From assembly GCA_963766315.1 (NCBI GenBank), contig CAVXZM010000013.1:229745-293744 (forward strand): 64,000 nucleotides of DNA, given 5' to 3'. The position numbers and the translations under genes are program-made. The notes beneath the pieces are model-generated. The model was not told where the DNA came from. It searched no databases and worked only from the letters and a program-made list of their open reading frames with translations. The stretch is from an uncultured beta proteobacterium (GTDB lineage: Bacteria; Pseudomonadota; Gammaproteobacteria; Burkholderiales; Burkholderiaceae_C). This document shows, one piece after another, positions 28,951 to 41,251 of the stretch (positions are counted from its first letter, which is position 1; each line of letters starts with the position of its first letter).

Positions 28951-29681
28951 GGCGAAGCGTCGCGCCGCGCGGCGCAGAAGCAATGCGTGAAGAGGCCGTC
29001 GTCGTATTCGTCGATCCGCCATGCGCCGGCCTCGCCGGGCCAAGCCGCGGCGAGCTCGTTGCCGACGAAGCCGGCGCGAACGCTCAGCACGCCGTCGTTG
29101 CGCGTCACGGCGTTGGCGCCGAGAAAGAAGATCAGGTGGCTGGCGCCGAGCGCGAAGCGGCTACGTCGAGGCTCGCATGCGGCGAGCGCGTCGGCGCGAC
29201 TGGCGCAGCCGGCGAGCAGGCGACCGAGCGCGGCGCCTTCGAAATGATGCAGGAAGAGATTGACGACGACCACGTCCCAGCGCTTGCCGTCGGCGTCGTC
29301 GGCCCAGTCGAGAACGTCGGCGGCGACCGGGCGGGCGTGCCATCCGGCATCGGCATACGCGGCGACGGTGGCGGCATCGACGATCGGCTGGCGATCGAGC
29401 AGGTCGATCGTCGCCGCTGGCCAGCGCTCGCCGCGATGGCGCGCGACCTCGAGCATCAGCCGGCCATCGCCGCAGCCGAGCTCGACGATGCGCAGTGCCC
29501 GCGTCTGGTTCTCGCGCGTGACGCGATCGAGGGCGCGGGCGAGGATCCGGCGCGCGCCCATAAAGGCGTTGACGCGGCGCAGGTCGCGGCGCGAGCGCTG
29601 CGCCACCGGATCGTCGGGCGCGAGATGGTCGAGCGTTTCGGGTTCGAGGACGCGCGGCAGCATGAGCGACGCCGAAGCCAT
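28947..29681 (-). CDS. Class I SAM-dependent methyltransferase
   Basis: PETLDHL, DLRRVN, IVELGCGDG motif I, NLFLHHF, TRNDGVLSVRAGF. Confidence 0.88.
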   Translation of the reverse strand: MASASLMLPRVLEPETLDHLAPDDPVAQRSRRDLRRVNAFMGARRILARALDRVTRENQTRALRIVELGCGDGRLMLEVARHRGERWPAATIDLLDRQPIVDAATVAAYADAGWHARPVAADVLDWADDADGKRWDVVVVNLFLHHFEGAALGRLLAGCASRADALAACEPRRSRFALGASHLIFFLGANAVTRNDGVLSVRAGFVGNELAAAWPGEAGAWRIDEYDDGLFTHCFCAARRDASP

Positions 29682-29687
29682 GTCGAT

Positions 29688-30749
29688 TCAGTCGTCGACG
29701 CGCAGCAGCGCGCCATGGCAGCTGAAGCCGGCACCGAACGACGACAGCCACCACCAGCCGGCCGGCGCGTCGTCGGCGAGCGCGGCCTCGAGGACGAAGT
29801 AGACAAACGCGCTGGAGAGGTTGCCGTACTCGCGCAGCATCGCCGCGCTGTAGCGCAAGGCATCGTGATTGATCTCGAAGCGGCGCTCGACGGCAAGCAG
29901 CACGTCGCGGCCGCCGGCGTGCATGATCCAGGCGGCGATGTCGTCGCTCGCCAGCCGCGCGCGGCCGAGCACGGTGGCGAGGACGCGGTGCGCGTAGTCG
30001 GCCGCCAGCGTCGGCACCTCGCGCGTCAGGATGTTGCGCAGCATGCCGTCCTTCTGCTCGAACATCAGCGCCTTGCGCTGCTTCGGCTCGATCAGCGAGG
30101 CGCCGTCTTTCCATTCGATCCGCCGGCCGTCGCCGCGTGGCGCGCGTGAGAGCACGGCGGCACCGGCGCCGTCGCCGAACAGGCAGGCGCTGATCAGGAC
30201 GCCGGGATCGTTGTCGAGGTACATCGCCGCGCTGCTCACCTCGACGCAGATCGAGAGCACGTTCTCGGCCGCACCCGCGGCGATCAGCGCGCGCCCGAGC
30301 TGCAGGTTGGGCAGCGCCGCGGCGCAGCCCTGGCCCACGAGGTCGAAGGCCTGCACCGCGGCACCAAGGCCGAGCCGCTCGACGACGTAGCCCGAGAGGC
30401 CTGGGCAGAGATAGCCGGTGCAGGTGCTGACGACGACGGCGTCGATCTCGGCCGGCGTCAGCCGCGCTGATTCGAGCGCGCGCCCGGCGGCATCTGCGGC
30501 GAGCGCCGGCGCGTGGGCGAGGAAGCGCCGGTCGAGCGTGTCGGGATCGATCGCGAAGACCTCGTCGAGCGAATCGAGCGCGAGACGGCGCGCCTCGATG
30601 CCGTTGTCGCGCTGCAGGACGGTTCGCGCGACCAGATGGGAGCGCGTGTCGAGACGCGCGAACCACTCGGACCGCTCGAAGGCGACCAGGCACTCGGCCT
30701 TGGTGTAGCGCGCTGAAGGGGTGGCGGTGCCGATGCCGCGGAGGAACAT
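29688..30749 (-). CDS. Type III polyketide synthase (chalcone/stilbene synthase family)
   Basis: STCTGYLCPG; catalytic Cys in GQGCAAA, His in WIMHAGG, Asn in YGNLSSA; LFGDGAGA; FGAGF. Confidence 0.93.
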   Translation of the reverse strand: MFLRGIGTATPSARYTKAECLVAFERSEWFARLDTRSHLVARTVLQRDNGIEARRLALDSLDEVFAIDPDTLDRRFLAHAPALAADAAGRALESARLTPAEIDAVVVSTCTGYLCPGLSGYVVERLGLGAAVQAFDLVGQGCAAALPNLQLGRALIAAGAAENVLSICVEVSSAAMYLDNDPGVLISACLFGDGAGAAVLSRAPRGDGRRIEWKDGASLIEPKQRKALMFEQKDGMLRNILTREVPTLAADYAHRVLATVLGRARLASDDIAAWIMHAGGRDVLLAVERRFEINHDALRYSAAMLREYGNLSSAFVYFVLEAALADDAPAGWWWLSSFGAGFSCHGALLRVDD

Positions 30750-30883
30750 GCCGGGAGTCGCTCAAGGAAGTGAACCGCAGTATCACGGCAATTCGCGGGC
30801 GCGCCGCAACGCGGGAAATTGCCGAGCGCCGCAGGCCGCGCGCCGAATAGCATGAGCTCGCCCACCTGCGAGGAGACCTTTCC

Positions 30884-31855
30884 ATGTCGTTGAATCAATT
30901 CAGCCGTCGTCGCCTGCTTGCTGCCGCGGCGGCGAGCGCGCTGCCCGGAGCCACGTTCGCCCAGTCAAGCGGCTACCCGAACCGGCCGATCGAGCTGATC
31001 GTTCCGGCGGGCGCGGGCGGCGGCACCGACGTGCTGGCGCGTGCCTTCGCCGAGGCCGCGAAGAATCATCTGCCGCAGCCGATCACGGTCATCAACCGGC
31101 CCGGCGCGTCGGGGATGATCGGTCACGGCGAGATGATCAACGCCAAGCCCGACGGCTACAAGCTGGCGATCGTCTTCGCCGAGATCGTCATCGTCCCGCA
31201 CCTCGGCCTGACCAAGCTGTCGTACGAGGATTTCACGCCGATTGCCCGCCTCAATGCCGACCCCGCGGCGATCACGGTGCAAGCCGGCGCGCCCTGGACC
31301 ACGATCGAGGAGTTTCTCGCCACCAGCAAGGCCAAGCCGGGCGAGCTGAAGATGGGCAACTCGGGCAACGGCTCGATCTGGCACCTCGCGCACGCCGCGC
31401 TCGAAGACAAGGTCGGCGTGAAGTACAACCCCATTCCGTTCGGCGGCGCCGCGCCGGCCGTGCTGTCGCTCCTCGGCGGCCACATCGACGCGGTCGCGGT
31501 CAGCCCGGGCGAGGTCGCTGCGCATGTGCAGAACGGCAAGCTGAAGACACTCGCTGTCATGTCGGAACAACGGGTCAAGGGCTTCGACAACGTGCCGACG
31601 TTCAAGGAGCGCGGCATCGATCTCGTGATCGGCACCTGGCGCGGCCTGGCGGCACCCAAGGGGACGCCGCCCGACGTCATCGTCGTCCTGACCGAGGCGA
31701 CTCGCCTGTCGGCCAACGAAGCCGTGCTCAGGGAGTCGCTCGACCGTCTCAGCATGGGCTACTCGTACGCCGACGCGGAGACCTTTCGTGCGGGCATGAA
31801 GCGCGACAACGAGGTCTTCAGGCAGCTCGTCACCAAGCTCGGCATCAAGGCCTGA
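30884..31855 (+). CDS. Bug/TctC tripartite tricarboxylate transporter substrate-binding protein with Tat-like signal
   Basis: SRRRLL signal, YPNRPIELIVPAGAGGGTD, NRPGASG, PDGY, VPTFKE, PKGTP. Confidence 0.92.
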   Translation: MSLNQFSRRRLLAAAAASALPGATFAQSSGYPNRPIELIVPAGAGGGTDVLARAFAEAAKNHLPQPITVINRPGASGMIGHGEMINAKPDGYKLAIVFAEIVIVPHLGLTKLSYEDFTPIARLNADPAAITVQAGAPWTTIEEFLATSKAKPGELKMGNSGNGSIWHLAHAALEDKVGVKYNPIPFGGAAPAVLSLLGGHIDAVAVSPGEVAAHVQNGKLKTLAVMSEQRVKGFDNVPTFKERGIDLVIGTWRGLAAPKGTPPDVIVVLTEATRLSANEAVLRESLDRLSMGYSYADAETFRAGMKRDNEVFRQLVTKLGIKA

Positions 31856-31885
31856 GCGGCTCCAGCCCGACGCGACGACAAACTC

Positions 31886-34800
31886 TCAGTCGAGACGCCG
31901 GCGCGCGCTTTCGAAGATCCGCAGCCACGGGCTCGGCTCGCTGCGCGACCCGGGCGACCAGCTCATCTGGACGTTGCGAAACACCCGCTCGGGGTGCGGC
32001 ATGAGTGCGGTGTAGCGACCGTCGGCGGTGGTCACGCCGGTCAAGCCGCCCGGGCTGCCGTTCGGGTTGGCCGGATACGCTTCGGTCGCGCGGCCGGCGT
32101 TGTCGACGAAGCGCAGCGCCGCGATGCACCCGCGCGGCATCCCCGCGCTGCGAGAAGTCGGCGAAGCCCTCGCCATGCGCGACGGCGATCGGCAGCCGGC
32201 TGCCAGTCAGGTCGCTGAAGAAGATCGACGGCGACGGCAGCACCTCGACCATGCTGAGGCGGGCCTCGAACTGCTGGCTGAGGTTGTTCGTGAAGCGCGG
32301 CCACGCCTCGGCGCCCGGGATCATCGCCGCCAGCGCGGCCAGCATCTGGCAGCCGTTGCAGACGCCGAGCGCGAACCCATCGGGTCGCGCGAAGAAGCTC
32401 GCGAACTGGTCGGCGAGCTGCGGATTGAACAGGATCGAGCGCGCCCAGCCCTCGCCCGCGCCGAGCGTGTCGCCGTAGCTGAAGCCGCCGCAGGCGACGA
32501 AGCCCTGGAACATGTCGAGGCGGGCGCGGCCGGCCTGCAGGTCGGTCATGTGGACGTCGTAGGTGTCGAAGCCGGCGCGGTCCATCGCGTAGCTGAGCTC
32601 GACGTGGCTATTGACGCCCTGTTCGCGGAGCACCGCGACCTTCGGCCGCGCGCCGACGAGCGCGGGCGCGACGGCGAGGCGCGGCGACGACGAGATGGAC
32701 GTGCAGTCCCGGGTCGTCGTCGCGACCCGCCGCCTCGTGCTCGGCGTCGGCCGACGCGGGTCGTCGCGCAGCCGGGCGATGCGCCAGCTGACCTCGTCCC
32801 ACGCCTGATGGAGCTCCCTCAGCGGCGCGCTGAAGACGACCTTGGCGTCGCGCCAGACCTCGACCACGGCGCGCGCCTGGGTCTTGCCGATAACGTGGCT
32901 GTGGCGGCCTAGGCCGGCGCGCGCAGGACCTGCATCGCCTCGTCGCGGCGCGCCGTCGGTACCTGGATCACGGCGCCGAGCTCTTCGTTGAAGAGCGCGC
33001 GCAACGTCAGCTCGTCGCGCCGCCCGCTCACCTGCGTCGCCCAGTTCTTGGCGTCGCCGAATTCGGCGCGGCTGTCGCCGATGCCGTCGCTCTCGGTGAC
33101 GAGCAGGTCGACATTGAGGGCGACACCGAGGTGGCCGGCGAACGCCATCTCGCACACCGTCGCCCAGAGGCCGCCGTCGCTGCGGTCGTGATACGCGAGG
33201 ACGAGGCCGGCCTCGCGCAGCGGTTGACCGCCTCGACCAGCGCGCGCAGCCGCGCCGGGTCGTCGAGGTCGGGCACGTCGCCGCCGAACTGGCCCAGCAC
33301 CTGCGCCAGCATCGATGCCGCCCAGCGCATGCGGCCGGCGCCGAGGTCGACCAGGATCAGGGTCGTGTCGCCGCGGCACGAGCTGCGGCGTCGACGCGGG
33401 CCGGACGTCGGCGAGGGTCGCGAAGGAGCTGACGATCAGGCTCACCGGCGCCGTGACCTGCCTGGCCGCGCCGCTCGGGTCGCGCCAGCGGGTGCGCATC
33501 GACAACGAGTCCTTGCCCACCGGCACGCTGATGCCGAGCGCCGGGCAGAGCTCGATGGCGACCGCGCGAACGGTGTCGTAGAGCGCGCGCGTCGTCGCCC
33601 GGGATCGTCGCTGCACGCGGCCATCCAGTTGCAGCTGAGCTTGACCCGCGCGCAGCTCGATCGGCGCGGCCAGGAGATTGGTGATCGCTTCGCCGACCGC
33701 CATCCGACCCGACGCCGGCGCATCGAGCGCAGCGAGCGGCGTGCGCTCGCCGATGGCCATCGCCTCGCCGGCGAAGCCGCGAAGTCGGCGAGCGTGACCG
33801 CGCAATCGGCGACCGGCACCTGCCAGGGGCCGACCATCGGATCGCGGCTCGACAGGCCGCCGACGGTGCGGTCGCCGATCGTGATCAGGAAGCGCTTGCT
33901 GGCGACGGTCGGATGGCGCAGCACGTCGAACGCGACCCGCGCCAACTCGACGCCAGCGAGGTCGAGCGCGGCCGGCGCGGCGCGGCGGCGCACGTCGCGC
34001 TGCATCTTCGGCGGCTTGCCGAGCAGCACGTCGAGCGGCATCGCGATCGACCGCGGCGCCGCTTCGCCGGCGTCGAGCGGCGCCTCCGCCTCGATCGCGC
34101 CGACGACGAGATCGCGCGCCTCGGTGGCGACGCCGACGACCGCGTACGGACAGCGCTCGCGTTCGCACATCGCCGTCGAAGACGGGCAGCGACTCCTTCG
34201 CGACCGCCATGACGTAGCGCTCCTGGCTCTCGTTGCACCAGATCTCCTTGGGCGCGAGGCCGCTCTCCTCGACCGGCACCCGGCGCAGGTCGAAGCGCGC
34301 GCCGCGCCCGGCGCCGTCGATCAGCTCCGGAAAGGCGTTCGAGATGCCGCCCGCACCGACGTCGTGGATCGCCAGGATCGGGTTGACGTCGCCGAGCGCG
34401 CCGCAATGGTTGATGACTTCCTGCGCGCGCCGCTGGATCTCGGGGTTGCCGCGCTGGACCGAGTCGAAGTCGAGCTCGGCGCTGTTGGCGCCGGCGCCAT
34501 CGAGCTCGCCGCGCCGCCGCCCATGCCGATCCGCATGCCCGGGCCGCCGAGCTGGATCAGGAGCGTGCCGGCCGGGAACTCGATCTTCTTCGTCTGCGTC
34601 GCAGCGATCGCGCCCAGGCCGCCGGCGATCATGATCGGCTTGTGATAGCCGCGCCGCACGCCCGCCGACGGTCTGCTCGTAGACGCGGAAGTAGCCGGCA
34701 GGTTCGGCCGGCCGAACTCGTTGTTGAACGCCGCGCCGCCGAGCGGGCCGTCGATCATGATCGGCAGCGCGCTGGCGATATGGTCGGGCTTGCCGTAGCG

Positions 34801-35897
34801 CTCCTTCTCCCACGGCTCGTCGGTCCCGGGCAGATGCAGGTTGGAGACCGAAAAGCCCGTGAGCCCCGCCTTCGGCCGCGAGCCACGGCCGGTCGCGCCT
34901 TCGTCGCGGATCTCGCCGCCGGCGCCGGTCGAGGCGCCCGGGAACGGCGCGATCGCGGTCGGATGGTTGTGCGTCTCGACCTTCATCAGCACGTGCGTCA
35001 GCTCGCGCCGAGCGGCGTAGCGCGGTGCGTTGGTGTAGCCCTCGGGCAGCCAGCGCTCGGCCTCGCCGCCTTCCATCACCGAGGCGTTGTCGCTGTAGGC
35101 GACAACCGTGTGCTGCGGCGCGAGCGCGTGCGTGTAGCGGATCATCTCGAACATCGAGCGCTCCTGCGCCTCGCCGTCGATCGTGAAGCGGGCGTTGAAG
35201 ATCTTGTGCCGGCAGTGCTCGCTGTTGGCCTGCGCGAACATCATCAGCTCGACGTCACTCGGGTTGCGGCCGAGGCCGCGGAAGGCATCGAGCAGGTAGT
35301 CGATCTCGTCGTCGGAGAGCGCGAGGCCGAAGTCGCGGTTGGCCGCTCGAGCGCGGCGCGGCCGCCGCCGCGGACGTCGACGGCGCGCTCGGCGGCGCCG
35401 GCTGCTCGTCGAACAGGTGGCGCGCGTCGGCCGGGTCGGAGAGGACCGATTCGGTCATGCGGTCGTGCAGCAGCGCTGCGACCGCGGCGCGCTCGCTGGC
35501 GCCGAGCGCCGCGGCGCGGCCGAGGAGCGCCTTCTTCGACGCGCAGCGCGAACTCGGTGACGCGCTCGATCCGGTGCACGACCAGGCCGCAGTTGCGCGC
35601 GATGTCGGTCGCCTTCGAGGCCCAGGGCGAGATCGTGCCCAGGCGCGGCGCGACGACCAGCGTCTCGGCGCCGGCGAGCGCCGCGCCGGCTCGCCGTAGC
35701 GCAGCAGCGCCTCGAGCCGGTCGCTCTCGGCGCGCGTCAGGGCGCTGTCGCTCCAGACCCAGTGCACGTGGCGCGCCGCGACGGCCTCGATCCGGCCGAC
35801 CGCGTTGCGCAGCCGGGCAAGCAGCGACTCGGCGCGGAAACCCCGGCAACGCGTTGCCGCCTTCGAAGCGGGCGAGGTGCTTGGGCTCGGTCGTCAC
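31886..35897 (-). CDS. purL: Phosphoribosylformylglycinamidine synthase, large fused form (multiple frameshifts)
   Basis: [66 protein letters not shown]. Confidence 0.96.
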
Positions 35898-36006
35898 GCG
35901 GGGCGCTCGGCGGGGTCGGGAAATGGGTCGCGCGGCGGCCTGGCTGCGGCCGGGCGACCCCGGTGGAAACCCGCGATTCTAGGGCCCCGATGCGATAATT
36001 CGCAGG

Positions 36007-36814
36007 ATGACGATTATCGATCAAGAACGAGTCCGACATCGCCGGCATGCGCGTCGCCGGCCGGCTCGCGTCCGAGGTGCTGGACATGCTGACGCCGCAC
36101 GTCAAGCCCGGCGTCACCACCGAGGCGATCGACAAGCTGGCGCACGACTACATCGTCAACGAGCAGGACGCGATTCCGGCGCCGCTGAACTACGCGCCGC
36201 CCGGCTACACGCCGTATCCGAAATCGATCTGCACCTCGATCAACCACCAGGTCTGCCACGGCATCCCGAACGACCGGCCGCTGAAGAACGGCGACATCGT
36301 CAACATCGACGTCACCGTCATCAAGGACGGCTGGCACGGCGACACGAGCCGGATGTTCATCGTCGGCGAGGGCTCGATCGCGGCCAAGCGCCTGATCCAG
36401 ATCACCTACGACGCGATGTGGAAGGGGATCGTCAAGGTCAAGCCCGGGCGTGCGCCTCGGCGACATCGGCAACGCGATCCAGATCTTCACCGAGAGCAAC
36501 GGCTTTTCGGTGGTGCGCGAGTTCTGCGGCCACGGCATCGGCACGCGTTTCCACGAAGACCCGCAGGTGCTGCACTACGGCCGGCCCGGCACGCTCGACG
36601 AGCTGAAGCCCGGCATGACCTTCACGATCGAGCCGATGATCAACGCCGGCAAGCGCGAGATCCGCGAGGCCGGCGACGGCTGGACCATCGTCACCGCGCG
36701 ACCGATCGCTGTCGGCGCAGTGGGAGCACACCGTGCTCGTCACCGACACCGGCTACGAGGTGATGACGCTCTCGGCCGGCAGCGCCGCCGCCGCCGGCGT
36801 TCGTGGCCGCCTAG
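36007..36814 (+). CDS. map: Type I methionine aminopeptidase (frameshifted)
   Basis: SINHQVCHGIP, NIDVTV, HGDTSRM, FCGHGIG, FTIEPMIN, AQWEHT. Confidence 0.95.
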
Positions 36815-36829
36815 CGGCTGCGGACCGGC

Positions 36830-39490
36830 GTGAACAGCAGCGATCCGCAGGCGGTCGCGGCCGCTCCGGAGCTGATCCCGCCGGCGCCGGCGCCGCTCTG
36901 CGACGTCGCGCGCCCTCCGGCGCCAGCGCGCGCGCGCTTTCGCGACGCCAAGGCGGCGCGGCTCGAGCAGTTCCTGGCGACGCGGCCGACCGCGCGCGCG
37001 GCGCTGAGCCTGCTGCGCGGCCTGCTCGAACGACGTCGACGACGACCCTGCGCGAGCTCTGGAGCGACGCCGGCATGCCGGCCGACACGGCGCTGGTCGC
37101 GGTCGGCGGCTACGGGCGCGGCGAGCTGTTCCCCTATTCCGACATCGACGTCCTGGTGCTGCTGCCCGAGCGGCGTCGCCGCCGACAACGAGGTCCGCGA
37201 CTCGGCGCATCGAGCGCTTCATCACAGCCTGCTGGGACTTCGGGCCTCGAGATCGGCTCCAGCGTGCGCACGGTCGACGAGTGCGTCGACGAAGGCGCCG
37301 CCGACGTCACCGTGCAGACGGCGCTGCTCGAGGCGCGCTACCTGTGCGGCGCGCGCAAGGTGTTCAACGACCTTCCAGCAGCGCTATCGCGCGCGGCGAT
37401 GGACCCGAAAGGCCTTCCTGCGCGGCCAAGATGCTCGAGATGCGCCAGCGCCACCAGAAGTTCGAGGACACGCCCTACTCGCTCGAACCGAACTGCAAGG
37501 AAAGCCCGGGCGGCCTGCGCGACCTGCAGACTGATCTTGGGTCGCCGCGCCGCCGGCTTCGGCCGCACCTGGCAGGAACTCGCCGCGCACGGCCTGATCA
37601 CGGCGTTCGAGGTGCGCCAACTGCAGCGCAACGAGGCTTGCTGAAGCTGATCCGCGCCCGGCTGCACGTGATCGCCGGGCGGCGCGAGGACCGCCTGGTG
37701 TTCGACCTGCAGACCGCCGTCGCCGAAAGCTTCGGCTACCGCGTCGCTCGACGGCAAGCGCGCCTCGCGAACGGCTGATGCGGCGCTACTACTGGGCGGC
37801 CAAGGCGGTGACGCAGCTGAACCAGATCCTGATGCTGAACATCGAGGAGCGCGTCGCCGGCGCTGCAGGACGCGCCGATGCGGCCGATCTCGAGAACTTC
37901 CTCGAGAGCGGCGGCATGCTCGAGGTCGCGAGCGACGACCTGTACGAGCGCGATCCGCACGCGATCCTCGAGACTTTCCTGCTGTACCAGCAGACGCGTC
38001 GGGCTGAAGGGCCTGTCGGCGCGCACGCTGCGCGCGCTCTACAACGCGCGCCACCTGATGGACGCGAAGTTCCGGCGCGACCCGGTCAACCACGCGACCT
38101 TCATGGAGATCCTGAAGGCAGCCGGCGGCCAGACGCACGCCTTTCGCCTGATGAACCAGACCAGCGTGCTCGGCCGCTATCTCTGGGTCTTTCGCCGCAT
38201 CGTCGGCCAGATGCAGCACGACCTGTTCCACGTCTACACCGTCGACCAGCACATCCTGATGGTGCTGCGCAACGTGCGCCGCTTCCTGATTGCCGAGCAC
38301 GCCCACGAGTATCCGTTCTGCACCCAGCTCGCCTCGAACTTCGAGCGGCCCTGGGTGCTCTACATCGCCGCGCTCTTCCACGACATCGCCAAGGGCCGCG
38401 GCGGCGACCATTCCGAGCTCGGCATGCGCGAGGCGCGGCGCTTCTGCCGCGATCACGGCATCAGGCGGCGAGGACGCGACGCTGATCGAGTGGCTCGTCG
38501 CCGAGCACCTGACGATGATCGCGCATCGCGCAGAAGGAGGACACACCGACCCGGAAGTCATCGCCGATTTCGCCGCCGCCGTCGGCAACGAGCGGCGCCT
38601 CACCGCGCTCTATCTGCTGACCGTCGCCGACATTCGCGGCACCAGCCCGAAGGTCTGGAACGCGTGGAAGGGCAAGCTGCTGGAGGACCTGTACCGGCTC
38701 ACGTTGCGCGCGCTCGGCGGCGCGCGCCCGAACCTCGACACCGAGATCGAGGCGCGCAAGCTCGAGGCGCGCCTGCTCCTCAACCTGGCGATGCTGCCGG
38801 GAACGGTCGAGGTGCCGCTGTGGGGCACGCTCGAGCTCAGCTATTTCGTGCGCCACGACGCGGGCGAGATCGCCTGGCACACGCGCTCGCTGTTCGACCA
38901 CGTCGAAACGCCCAAGCCGGTCGTGCGCGCCGCCCGTCGCCGATCGGCGTCGGCCTGCAGGTGCTGGTCTACGTGCCCGACCAGCCGGACCTGTTCGCCC
39001 GCATCTGCGGCTACTTCGACAGCGCCAACTTCAACATCCTCGATGCGAAGGTGCACACGACGACGAGCGGCTACGCGCTCGACACCTTCCTCGTCATCAG
39101 CCCGCACCTCGAGCCGCACTATCGCGACCTGATCGCGTATGTCGAGACCAGCTGAGCATCGCGCTCGAGGCGACCGGGCCGCTGCCCGAGCCGAGCCGCG
39201 GCCGGATCTCGCGCCGGGTGCGCTCGTTCCCGGTCACGCCGCGCGTCACGCTGCGCCCCGACGAGCGGGCGCAGCGCTGGCTGCTCGCGGTTTCGGCGAG
39301 CGACCGCTCGGGCCTGCTGTACGCGATCTCGCGCGTCCTGGCGCAGCACAGCATCAACCTGCAGCTGGCCAAGATCACGACCCTGGGCGAGCGCGTCGAG
39401 GACACGTTCCTGATCGACGGCAGCGCGCTGCAGCAGAACAAGCTGCAGCTGCAGATCGAGAGCGAGATGCTCGACGCGATCAGCTCATGA
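36830..39490 (+). CDS. glnD: [Protein-PII] uridylyltransferase (frameshifted)
   Basis: [58 protein letters not shown] domains; map-glnD synteny. Confidence 0.95.
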
Positions 39491-39518
39491 GGGCGGACGC
39501 GCCGAGACGGCGAGCGAC

Positions 39519-40571
39519 GTGTCGCTGACCGATCGTCAGCGCCGGCGAGGCGCTCGCCGACCTGGGCCGCTTCGACACTATCGTCGACGCGCGCTCTGAG
39601 GGCGAGTTCGCCGAGGACCGATTGCCCGGGGCAGTCAACTGGCCTTCGCTCGGCGATGCCGAGCGGGCGCGATCGGCACCCAATACAAGCAGGACTCGCC
39701 GTTCGAAGCGAGGAAGCGCGGCGCGGTGCTGGTCGCTCGCAACGTCGCCGCCCACATCGAGCGCCACGTGCTCGACGCCGCGCACGGCTGGACGCCGCTC
39801 GTCTACTGCTGGCGCGGCGGCAAGCGCAGCGGCGCGCTCGCCACGGTGCTCGACCAGATCGGCTTTCGCGTCCATGTCCTCGAGGGCGGCTACCGCGAAT
39901 ACCGCCGCGCCGTCGTCGCCGAGCTCGCAGAGCTGCCCGCGCGGTTCGAGTGGCGCGTCGTCTGCGGCCCGACCGGATCGGGCAAGAGCCGGCTCCTCGC
40001 CGAGCTCGCACGAACAGGCCGCGCAGGTGCTCGACCTCGAGACGCTCGCGAATCACCGCGGCTCGGTGCTCGGCCTGGTCCCCGGCACCTCTCAGCCGTC
40101 GCAGAAGGAATTCGACAGTCGCGTGTGGGATGCCTGCGACGCCTCGATCCGGCGCGGCCGGTGTTCGTCGAAAGCGAGAGCAAGAAAGTTGGCGACCTGC
40201 GCGTGCCGGAAGCGCTGATCCGGCAGATGCGCGCGAGCCGCTGCCTCTGGCTCGAGCTGCCGCTCGTTCAGCGCGTCGCCCTCTTGATCGAGGACTACGA
40301 CTTCTTCGTCCGCGACAACGACGCGTTCTGCGCCCGGCTCGACGCACTGCGCGTCCTGCGCGGCAACGAGACGTCGATGGCTGGCAGGACTCGGCCCGCG
40401 CCGGCCGCACCGCCGAGGTCGTCGCGGCGCTGCTCGTGGCCCACTATGACCCGATCTACCTGCAGTCGATGCGGCGCAATTTCGCCGGCGTCGCCGCCCC
40501 CGAGCGAGGCTGCGTGGGACGGCAGCGAAGCATCGCTGCGCGGGGCAGCGGTGGCGGCGATCGAAGCGTAA
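39519..40571 (+). CDS. selU: tRNA 2-selenouridine synthase (frameshifted)
   Basis: Rhodanese DARSEGEF...YCWRGGKRSG plus P-loop GPTGSGKS, DLETLANHRGS, ESESKKVG, HYDP. Confidence 0.92.
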
Positions 40572-40577
40572 GGGCTC

Positions 40578-40614
40578 CAAACGACAACGGCCTCGGATCG
40601 CTCCGAAGCCGTTG
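40578..40614. terminator. Hairpin between convergent selU and PEP-CTERM genes, probable terminator
   Basis: CAACGGC-CTCGGA-TCGC-TCCGAA-GCCGTTG near-perfect inverted repeat; short T-run on the minus strand. Confidence 0.55.
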
Positions 40615-40630
40615 CGCGAGAGAAGCGAAA

Positions 40631-41251
40631 TCAGGCAGTCTTGCGACGGCGCTTGGCCACGAAGCCCATCGCGCCGAGGCCGGCGAGGACGAGCGCGTAC
40701 GTCTCCGGCTCCGGCACGGGCGTGGTGATGTCACGCGCGAACAAGGTCAGGTTCGAGAAGTCAGGAACCTGCTCGCCGTTGTTGATCCACTCGATCTTCC
40801 AGGTGCCGGGCGTCGATGCGAACACCGCCTGGTCGTCGAACAGGAAGGCGCCGCTGTTGTTGGACGCATGCATCGCGAACACGAAGTCCGCCGTCACGTT
40901 TTGGCTGGCCGCGAGGGTCCAGGTACCGGTCGTGCCGTTCGTCTGCAAGAAGCCCCACGTGAAGGTCACGCCATCCAGCGAATTGCTGCCGCTGCTGCTG
41001 GTGACCTTGCCGAGCAACGACCAGCCGCCACCGAATGTTCCGCTGAATCCGCTGGTGTCGCCGATCGGGCCTGACTGCGGGTTGGCGCCGGAGATCACGC
41101 AGGCGTCGGAGGCCAAGCCGGCGAAGGTGACGTCGGTCGTGTCGGCGCCGCCGACATTCGAGCCGGTGCAGGGAGCGGCGAAGGCCGGCGCGGCGACGGC
41201 GCCGCGGCCGATGGCAGCAACGGTGGCGAGAAGACGAGTGCGGAGCTTCAT
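40631..41251 (-). CDS. PEP-CTERM sorting-domain surface protein
   Basis: Signal peptide (…APAFA-A), Ser/Thr/Gly-rich domain, C-terminal PVPEPETYALVLAGLGAMGFVAKRRRK. Confidence 0.9.
   Translation of the reverse strand: MKLRTRLLATVAAIGRGAVAAPAFAAPCTGSNVGGADTTDVTFAGLASDACVISGANPQSGPIGDTSGFSGTFGGGWSLLGKVTSSSGSNSLDGVTFTWGFLQTNGTTGTWTLAASQNVTADFVFAMHASNNSGAFLFDDQAVFASTPGTWKIEWINNGEQVPDFSNLTLFARDITTPVPEPETYALVLAGLGAMGFVAKRRRKTA

Noticed and set aside
39148-39160. TGA within glnD near selU as possible selenocysteine codon
   Set aside because: The downstream sequence continues in another frame (a single missing base), and the position is not a Cys-type catalytic site.
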